Of a DNA stretch of 37,845 nt, positions 13,067-21,762 are shown in pieces (positions within the stretch are counted from its first letter, which is position 1; the number at the start of each line of letters is the position of its first letter). The position numbers and the translations under genes are program-made. The stretch comes from Octopus sinensis (Eukaryota). A model generated the notes under the pieces. The model ran no database searches, was not told the DNA's origin, and saw only the letters and a list, made by a program, of their open reading frames with translations. Where the stretch lies: NCBI RefSeq assembly GCF_006345805.1, contig NW_021835922.1:1-37845 (forward strand), written 5' to 3'.

Positions 13067-13291
13067 TACATATGAATATATATATATAATGATATATGTA
13101 TTTATATATATATATAAGATATATATATAAAAAATTTGAAAAAAAACACCTTTTATCAATTCAAAATGAACAATTAAATTACACCATCTAGAAAATGACA
13201 TATAATACAAATATAAAATTAAAATAACAATAAAATGTCAATGATTAAGTAAATTGCAAAAAAATAATAAAAACGTATATAATTGGTAGAA

Positions 13292-13380
13292 TAAGGACAC
13301 GTGTTTCATGGCTATATTTAAGAAATGATTATAGTAGTTGTGAAATCACTTCGATATAAATATAGTCACTCATCAGGTTA
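13292..13380 (-). ncRNA. Hammerhead ribozyme (type I), damaged copy in the inverted arm
   Basis: Minus strand: taac CTGATGA gtgactatattta...taaatatagccat GAAA cacgt GTC ctta. The first stem I pair is a C-C mismatch and the first stem II pair is G-U. Confidence 0.75.
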
Positions 13381-13434
13381 AAAATAAACTAGAATAATAA
13401 AATAATTAATTAATAAATATACTTTAATTATATA

Positions 13435-13476
<42 letters not shown>

Positions 13477-13988
13477 ATACTAAATATACATAAGTGAAAA
13501 CTAAAACAATACTTAAATTATTAAATACTTTAAAATTAAATAAAATACACAAAGCTAGTACAAGTCATTAAATTGTAATCAAAATAAGAAATATAGACAA
13601 ACTCCTTAAATAAGCTAACTATATAATAACTATACATGTGTAGTATCTATAGATTTAATATAAAAATCTATAACAAAGTTGACTAAATATCAAATAATAT
13701 AATACCTAATTAACTTAAAATTTAATATTACAAATAAATAAGCCACCTAATAATTAAATAATATATTGTCTGGCGAAATTAATTCTTAAATCAAATTAAA
13801 TGTAATACATTAGATCCCTTTATATATAAAAAAATATATATATATTTAAAAAAAAAGAGATGCAAGAATTAATATCTACAGTAACTTTTATCTATCAATA
13901 TATATAAAAAGATATAATGGCGAGAATAATATGTTAATGGAAAGTAAGAAAACCTATCAACCCCAAAATTATGGAATGGTTGGGTTTT

Positions 13989-14504
13989 ACCCAACCATTC
14001 CATAAAATTAATGAAAATCTTACATATATTAATGCTTATAGTAATCATCCACCTTCTGTTAAAAAATCTTTGATAAATAATGTAGGTAAAAGAATATCAT
14101 TACTTTCTTATGATTTAGAGACTTTTAATAAGCATGCACCTTATTATAATAAAGCCCTGAATGAGGCTGGATACAATAATAATATTAAATTCTTTAATAT
14201 TTGTAAACGTAATTATAATTTAAAAGATAATTTTTTTAATGATTTTTATAATGATAAACCTAATTGTCTGTATTATGATAGGTCTTATTTAGGTACTTAT
14301 CATCTTAATAATAATAGGAATTTTGATGATGGAAATCTTAAATCTAATATTAGAATAAAAAATAAAAAGTATCGTAATAATAATTAAAATAAAAATATAA
14401 ATAAAAATAAGATTAAATTTAATTCAGTTAATTAAGATAATATATTTAATAATATTGCAAATAATTATAGTAATAATAATGATAGTTATAATAATAATTA
14501 TAAG

Positions 14505-14564
<60 letters not shown>

Positions 14565-15310
14565 TATAACTATAATCATAATATAAAAGATATAAATAAA
14601 AATAAAATTTGGTTAATCATTCCTTTAGGGACTCTGGTTAAAACAGATCTTATAAATGAGATTTTAGATATAATTGAAGTATTTATTAGGGATAATAAAA
14701 AATATAATATTTTTTCTAAAGATAATTTGGGAGTAGGTTATTCAACTACTAATAATATTGGTAATATTATTTCTTTATGTAATATTTTTAAATTAAAGAA
14801 ATTTTATAAAGATAGATTAAATAATAATTATAATTATAATAATAAAAACCAAGAGTTGATTTGTTGTACATGTAGGGATAAGTCTACATGTAAAGTGAAA
14901 AATTATTGTAATTTAGATAATGTAGTCTATAGGTGTAGGGTAACTATAATGGATGATAAGAATTTGAATCATCATAATTTAAATACTATTTATATAGGGT
15001 CTACTTCGAATAAAATTAAAACTAGAATTTCCCAACATATGTATTCTTTTAGGAATAAAAATCTTATAAATTCAACAGATCTCAGTAAATATATTTGTGA
15101 CCTTAAATTTAGATCTATTAAATATGAATTAAATTGGGATATAATTGGAGGGCTAAATCATATACTATAGAGAGTAATAGTTGTTCTCTTTGTAATAACG
15201 AATTTAGGGAAATATTATTTCATAACAGTTGTGCGTTGGTAAACTCTTTGGACGAACGTAAAATTAAATGTAAACATAAATTAAAGTACCTTTATAATAG
15301 ATTTAACTGA
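13989..15310 (+). pseudogene. Penelope-like RT C-terminus, Asn-rich linker, Cys-rich finger and GIY-YIG endonuclease
   Basis: YINAYSNHPPSVKKSLINNVGKRISLLS...YNKALNEAGY; KIWLIIPLG...NIFSKDNLGVGYS; CTCRDKSTCKVKNYCNLDNVVYRCRVT...IYIGSTSNKIKTRISQHMYSF...TDLSKYI. After a frameshift near 15150: CSLCNNE...KCKHKLKYLYNRFN*. Track ORFs 13971 and 14727 are in the same frame. Confidence 0.92.
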
Positions 15311-17566
15311 TAAATAATTATATTATTTTTAAAAAAATATTATAGTAATATAAATTATTTTCAACATAATATATATGTATTTGATTTGATTACTTATTAT
15401 TTAGACTTTAAATTTATAGTAAATAGTCTTTTAAATTAAATATTTTAATTTTATGTACTTATATATTACATTTAACTTATCTTTAATATTATTAAACCTT
15501 ATTTTGTCTTTTGTGGCTTATTTATTTTATTGTAGATATTATTTAATAGTATTAGAGTATTTTTTACTGTTTTATTATAAGTTATATTTTAAACAAAATG
15601 ACGAATATTTGTTGATGGTGAGTTTGAGATGAGTTTTGGGCTTCATGTGTTGGAGACTATGGGAAGGGTTGAAAGGTAGGGGGATAGTTGGCTGTGAATT
15701 AATTTGGTGTTAGTTGACAGTTTGTTGTAGATTCGATTTTGGTAGTGATGGTAATAATTAATAATGATATTAATAATGATAATAATTATGTTGATAATTA
15801 TAATATTAATAATAATAATATTTATAATCACGTACGGCTTGTTGTAGGGCCCGGGTAGTATTGATGAACAAGTAATACTTAATATACTATTTTTACTATT
15901 TTTATTAATTTTATTTGATTCATGAAGCCTAGATAATTCCCTATTTCATTAATAAATTCCTTTTAGCCTTTTTCATTAATAATTTTTATTCCACGCAACG
16001 TCTCCACGAGTTTTACTTCTTACAGATGCTAAAAACTATTATTTATGTTTATAATCTAGCGATATCTTCTCAACTAACTTAGCAACGTTCTTTTCTTCTT
16101 TTCGTTTGGATTTTGTATTATTTTGGGATTAATGTTTAGCTGTGATTAATATTATTATTGATATATTAATAGGTGTCTGTTAGTTTTAGTTGGGTGTCTT
16201 CATATTAGTTTCTCCATAAGTTGTGTTTTTCTCACATTTCTTTAGTTCATGAGGCTTTAATGTTTTTCTGTTTTTTCGTATTTTTCATTGATAAAAAATC
16301 TTGCCATTTTCATTGAGTATTTATTCTATTTCTTTGCACTAAGTCTCCACACGATAAATTTTATAAACGCTTTAACTATTTTGCTTTAAAAATCGGTTAC
16401 TCTTTTACTTCGCAAAGCTAAATTTGACATTTTACTGTTTCTCTATTTCATTTGAATTTTGAATCATTGTGTGTTTGAAATATTATTAATATTGTTGTTG
16501 TTATTATTATCATTGCTGTAATATTATTATTTATTTATAGTTTCTTGATAGTATTTTTTACGTTCGATATTGGATATGATATCTTTTAATTATTATATAG
16601 GAATTTAACGTTTTACATATTATTCAATTTGAGAATTAATATAGTTAGACTATATTTCTTTTAATAATTAGATAATATTTTCATTAAATAGTATTATTTT
16701 TAAATAAACTAGTTTTTATTATAATATAAATTTCATGTTTAACTTTTTTATCATGTGATATATTAAATCTATAGATATTATACATGGATATTAATATAAC
16801 TAGTTTATATAATGGATTTGAGTATATTTGAACTATTTCCAATTTTTGATTGTATTACTCATAAAGAGGAATTGTATTGGGTATATTAATTAGATGCTAA
16901 AACATATTAATACATTTAAAATCCAGATAGATTAACTTAATCATTGAACTTAGTAATTTAGTTTGTTTATCAATATTAGTTAGATCTTGTTATTATTTTG
17001 AGTTTGATCATTGTTATTATTGTTATTGTTATTGACTGGTTTTGTAGAGGACAGGTGATTGTGATTGTACATCTTCACAGTGTATTGTTCTTTGATTCTA
17101 ATATTTTTGCACTTTTCTTTAATTTTGGAGTTGATATGTTTTCTTACTTTCCATTAACATATTCTCGTCATTATATCTTTTTATATATATTGATAGATAT
17201 AAGTTACGGTAGATATTAATTCTTATATCTCTTTTTTTTTAATATGTATATATATTTTTATTTTTAAAGGGATCTAACGTATTACATTTAATTTAATTTA
17301 AGAATTAATTTTGTCAGACAATATATTATTTAATTATTAGGTGGCTTATTTATTTGTAATATTAAATTTTAAGTTAATTAGGTATTATATTATTTGATAT
17401 TTAGTCAACTTTGTTATAGATTAATATATCAAATCTATAGATACTACACATGTATATTTATTATATAGTTAGCTTATTTAAGGAGTTTGTCTATATTTGA
17501 ACCATTTCTTATTTTGATTACAATTTAATGACTTGTACTAGCTTTGTGTATTTTATTTAATTTTAA

Positions 17567-17780
17567 CCCTTTCATTACCAACCCGGCTGAAACCGGCTCT
17601 GAATACAAATGTCTTGTTTTCATAAGTTTTGAATTAAAATCTTCCACCAAACCTTAGTCACAATTCATGTCCCTAACACCAGCTTAATGATAACTAAGTT
17701 ATTTTACTAAATTCTTTGTTATATTTAAAGTAATTGAAAGAAACACAGAACATCTCAAAATAAATACAGTAACGAAAGGG
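17567..17780. mobile_element. 214-bp piggyBac-type MITE with demonstrable TTAA target duplication
   Basis: TTAA|CCCTTTCATTAC...GTAACGAAAGGG|TTAA. The left inverted arm (~13521-13560) shows the empty site with a single TTAA. Confidence 0.95.
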
Positions 17781-17907
17781 TTAAAGTATTTAATAATCTA
17801 AGTATTGTTTTAGTTTTCACTTATGTATATTTAGTATTTTCGTATATATATATATATTAAAGTATATTTATTAATTAATTAATTATTTTATTATTCTAGT
17901 TTATTTT

Positions 17908-17996
17908 TAACCTGATGAGTGATTATATTTATATCGAAGTGATTTCACAACTACTATAATCATTTCTTAAATATAGCCACGAAACACGTGTCGTTA
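17908..17996 (+). ncRNA. Hammerhead ribozyme (type I) in the Penelope pLTR, intact core
   Basis: Stem I taac(17908-11)/gtta(17993-96). Core CTGATGA at 17912-18. Stem II gtgattatattta/taaatatagccac. GAAA at 17981-84. Palindromic stem III acacgtgt. GTC cleavage triplet at 17990-92. Confidence 0.88.
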
Positions 17997-18255
17997 TTCT
18001 ACCAATTATATACGTTTTTTATTATTTTTGTGCAGTTTACTTAATCATTGACATTTTATTGTTATTTTAATTTTATATTTGTATTATATGTAATTTTCTA
18101 GATGGCGTAATTTAATTGTTCATTTTGAATTGATAAAAGGTGGGTTTTTTCTAATGTTTTACATGTATATATTATATTGTGTGAAATTTGGTTTAGTATT
18201 TCTAAATTGAATTTTTTTCCTTGTAAGTTTGGATTTTATTCCCTCAAATAATAAT

Positions 18256-18298
18256 TATATATGATATATTATATATATATATATATATAATATATATA

Positions 18299-18346
<48 letters not shown>

Positions 18347-18450
18347 GTATATATATTATATATATTTATATATGATATATATATATATATATGACATTTA
18401 TTTATACATATGATATATTTATATATATATCATATATATTTATATATATA
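18256..18450. repeat. (TA)n microsatellite tract
   Basis: Imperfect TA run. Similar TA/TACA tracts at about 13070-13130, 25170-25740, 27745-27950, 32934-33235, 34522-34842 and 36669-36995. Confidence 0.95.
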
Positions 18451-18457
18451 TGACATA

Positions 18458-19691
18458 TAAACTTCCTTTCTTCTCCAACAACAACTTCCGGGCCTTCACA
18501 GCAAGTTACAAAAACATTTTTTATCTCATTATCTTTCGTACCTCACTCGTGCTCATTCGTGCTCATTCGTTACTTCTCATTCGTGCTCATTCGTTACTAT
18601 TGTTAAATGTCTGTACTCATAGAGTAACTTGCTTATCTTTCTCTCTACGAAATTTAACCCTCTTTAACGTTCAATCCTTAATTCCATCTTTCCGCCATTC
18701 GCCAATTTTAAACTTCCTTTCTTCTCCAACAACAACTTCCGGGCCTTCACAGCAAGTTACAAAAACATTTTTTATCTCATTATCTTCCGTACCTCACTCG
18801 TGCTCATTCGTTACTTCTCATTCGTGCTCATTCGTTACTTCTCATTCGTTACTATTGTTAAATGTCTGTACTCATAGAGTAACTTGCTTATCTTTCTCTC
18901 TACGAAATTTAACCCTCTTTAACGTTCAATCCTTAATTCCATCTTTCCGCCATTCGCCAATTTTAAACTTCCTTTCTTCTCCAACAACAACTTCCGGGCC
19001 TTCACAGCAAGTTACAAAAACATTTTTTATCTCATTATCTTTCGTACCTCACTCGTGCTCATTCGTTACTTCTCATTCGTTACTTCTCATTCGTGCTCAT
19101 TCATTACTATTGTTAAATGTCTGTACTCATAGAGTAACTTGCTTATCTTTCTCTCTACGAAATTTAACCCTCTTTAACGTTCAATCCTTAATTCCATCTT
19201 TCTGCCATTCACCAATTTTAAACTTCCTTTCTTCTCCAACAACAACTTCCGGGCCTTCACAGCAAGTTACAAAAGCATTTTTTATCTCATTATCTTTCGT
19301 ACCTCACTCGTGCTCATTCGTTACTTCTCATTCGTGCTCATTCGTTACTATTGTTAAATGTCTGTACTCATAGAGTAACTTGCTTATCTTTCTCTCTACG
19401 AAATTAACCCTCTTTAACGTTCAATCCTTAATTCCATCTTTCCGCCATTCGCCAATTTTAAACTTCCTTTCTTCTCCAACAACAACTTCCGGGCCTTCAC
19501 AGCAAGTTACAAAAACATTTTTATCTCATTATCTTTCGTACCTCACTCGTGCTCATTCGTTACTTCTCATTCGTGCTCATTCGTTACTATTGTTAAATGT
19601 CTGTACTCATAGAGTAACTTGCTTATCTTTCTCTCTACGAAATTTAACCCTCTTTAACGTTCAATCCTTAATTTCATCTTTCCGCCATTCG
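18458..19691. repeat. ~250-bp satellite, about 5 units
   Basis: taaacttcctttcttctccaac starts at 18458, 18709, 18964, 19219 and 19459. Length variation comes mostly from ctcattcgtg / ctcattcgttactt subrepeats. Confidence 0.97.
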
Positions 19692-19696
19692 GCGGT

Positions 19697-19946
19697 GCCC
19701 CCGCCCTCCCACCCCCACTACCGGTGAACACTTCTCACCCCCGCCCTCCCACCCCCACCACCAATACCGGTGAACACTTCTCACCCTCGGCCACCAATAC
19801 CGGTGAACACTTCTCACCCCCACCACCAATATCGGTGAACACTTCTCACCCCCACCACCAATACCGGTGAACACTTCTCACCCCCACCACTAATACCGGT
19901 GAACACTTCTCACCCCCACCACCAATACCGGAGAACACTTCTCACC
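19697..19946. repeat. ~31-bp minisatellite
   Basis: About 7 copies of ccccaccaccaataccggtgaacacttctca. Confidence 0.93.
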
Positions 19947-20393
19947 ATCTACACCGGATATGCCCTCTTTCCTCCTCCTCCCCCACCACCATTGCGTGTG
20001 TCTCTCCCTCCTACCCCTCCTTCCCACATGCTTTCACTGTGTACTACCCCTTCCCCCCACCAAGACAAGCTGCTAGCACCGCAGCTCATTAACTGCCCCA
20101 CTGATCTTACGTTACCTCCTGTTTAGAATCTGTCACTGCCTCAATCCAACTATCTCCTTCCAGTCCCCTCCCCGTCTCGTGATATCCTACGTTTTTATTT
20201 CTTCTGCACCAACCCTTCCTTGTCATCGTTCCTCCTTACCCAACCTTCCCCACTGGTGCTTCCCTATATTACCTGCACCCCCCACTATCTCTCCCTCTCT
20301 TTCCACTGGTGGAACCTTTCTCAGCTAGACCCCCCCCCAACTCAACTCTAAAAAAGCTCGAACCGATTGCGACCGATGCCGGACCCCCCAGCC

Positions 20394-20587
20394 CCTGTGC
20401 AGGTGGCACGTAAAAAGCACCCACTCCACTCGCGGAGTGGTTGGCATTAGGAAGGGCATCCAGCCGTAGAAACTCTGCCAGATCAGACTGGAGCCTGGAG
20501 CGGCCTCTGGCTTCCCAGACCCCGGTCAAACCGTCCAACCCGTGCTAGCGCGGAAAACGGACGTTAAACGATGATGATGATGATGAT
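20394..20587 (+). mobile_element. RTE LINE 3' terminal segment
   Basis: ggtggcacgtaaaaagcacccact...ggttggcattaggaagggcatccagccgtagaaa...ggacgttaaac(gat)n, matching 24980-25166 and 34324-34521. Confidence 0.9.
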
Positions 20588-20645
20588 ATACGATATCTAT
20601 ATGTATATATAGAAATATATATATTTATATATTTATATATACATA

Positions 20646-20676
<31 letters not shown>

Positions 20677-20677
<1 letters not shown>

Positions 20678-20800
20678 GAGGCACGTGGCTTAGTGGTTAG
20701 GGTGTCAACATCATGATCGTAAGATTGTGGTTTCGATTCTTGGCCCAGGTGACACATTGTGCTCTTGAGCAACACTTCATTTCACATTGCTTCATTTCAC
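20677..20800 (+). mobile_element. tRNA-derived SINE head
   Basis: A-box TGGCTTAGTGG and B-box-like GGTTTCGATTC at tRNA-like spacing, followed by cttgagcaa-type body. No tRNA acceptor stem. Confidence 0.8.
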
Positions 20801-21260
20801 AATGCACTTCTTTATGCAGCAGTCTTCATTCATACACATCACATGTCCAAACCAACATAGTCTTCTCTCTTGCATGCTACATCTGATTCCTCTTATGCCC
20901 AACTTTTCTCTCAATATTTTTGCACTTTTGCGCACTGATGTTGCACATCCAATGGAGCATACTACCTTTGTTTCTCCCCAGTCTATGCATGTCTTCAGCA
21001 TTCAGAGCCCATGTCTCACTACCATGGAGTATAGCCATTCATACACAAGCATCTTTATAGTATACCTTTCATTCTGAGAGAGAGGCATTTTTGTTGCCAA
21101 CAGAGGTAATAACTTTCTGACCTTCCTCCACCCAATTCTTATTCTAGAAACAATACTTTCAGAGCATCCTCCACCATTGCTAATTTGATCACCTAGATAA
21201 TAGGAACTATCTACAACTTCAAGAGAGCCTCCTGGGCATTTGAGAGAATTTAATTCTTGT
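20801..21260 (-). pseudogene. RTE ORF 3' fragment (different subfamily)
   Basis: EVVDSSYYLGDQISNGGGCSESIVSRIRIGWRK ... LREKLGIRGIRCSMQERRLCWFGHVMCMNEDCCIKKC, homologous to 24230-24650. Confidence 0.88.
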
Positions 21261-21345
21261 GTGCTCTAAGTACTTATTGTTCCTGCACATCTGCCACATA
21301 CATACACATATATAAATATACATACATACACATATATACATACAT

Positions 21346-21422
21346 TTATTTCTCGACTGCCCACAGGGGGCTAAACAGAGGGGACAAACAAGGACAGACA
21401 TTGGGATTAAGCCAATTACATC
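21346..21422 (-). mobile_element. SINE 3' fragment
   Basis: Reverse complement of the tail of the SINE at 26200-26411 (tgtctgtccttgtttgtcccctctgt...agccccc). Confidence 0.75.
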
Positions 21423-21762
21423 TACTCACTCTCGGCCTCACTCTGTCTCTCCCTCCCTCTTCCGATTACCACTCGCTTAGCCAAGACTTTCACCAACACC
21501 ACTACATATAAACCAGCGCATGCAGAAGATGCTCTCCTTTAAACTTCCTAGTTCGAGTTAACCGCAACATATTAAGTTGCTATTGTTCCTATCCTTTGTC
21601 ATCCTTGGTTGTCTCCCATGAACACTTCTAAAGGCTTTATGCCACCCCTACTCCTACTTAGGGCTATCTCCTATGTAAGGTAGTGATCATATAGAGCAAA
21701 AATATGATAGTGTAGCATATGAAGGTTCAACTGAAGGCTATTGTATTGTTTGTTTATGAATT

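Larger units (their letters stand above)
13129..18255 (+). mobile_element. 5'-truncated AT-rich Penelope-like element with an inverted copy of its 3' region (pLTR) at the 5' junction
   Basis: 13129-13971 is the reverse complement of 17120-18160 (minus a MITE). Between the arms lies an RT-thumb + GIY-YIG ORF. Both arms carry a hammerhead motif. Flanked by (TA)n. Confidence 0.9.

Noticed and set aside
13129-18160. DNA transposon or Polinton with long TIRs
   Set aside because: The interior encodes Penelope RT/GIY-YIG rather than a transposase or integrase, the left arm abuts a truncated ORF, and there is no TSD.
18530-18600. Hammerhead-like string on the minus strand of the satellite (cgaatga gcac...gtac gaaa)
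   Set aside because: Core differs from CUGANGA at invariant positions, stem II is mismatched, and there is no stem I/III.
18450-19727. 307-aa and 115-aa ORFs
   Set aside because: They are translations of the satellite. Two units are 255 bp (a multiple of 3), so a stop-free frame simply repeats. No protein features.
19697-19946. CRISPR-like ~31-bp repeats
   Set aside because: No unique spacers, no cas genes, eukaryotic context: an ordinary minisatellite.
20677-20750. tRNA gene
   Set aside because: A and B boxes are present, but there is no acceptor stem or cloverleaf and it continues into SINE body.
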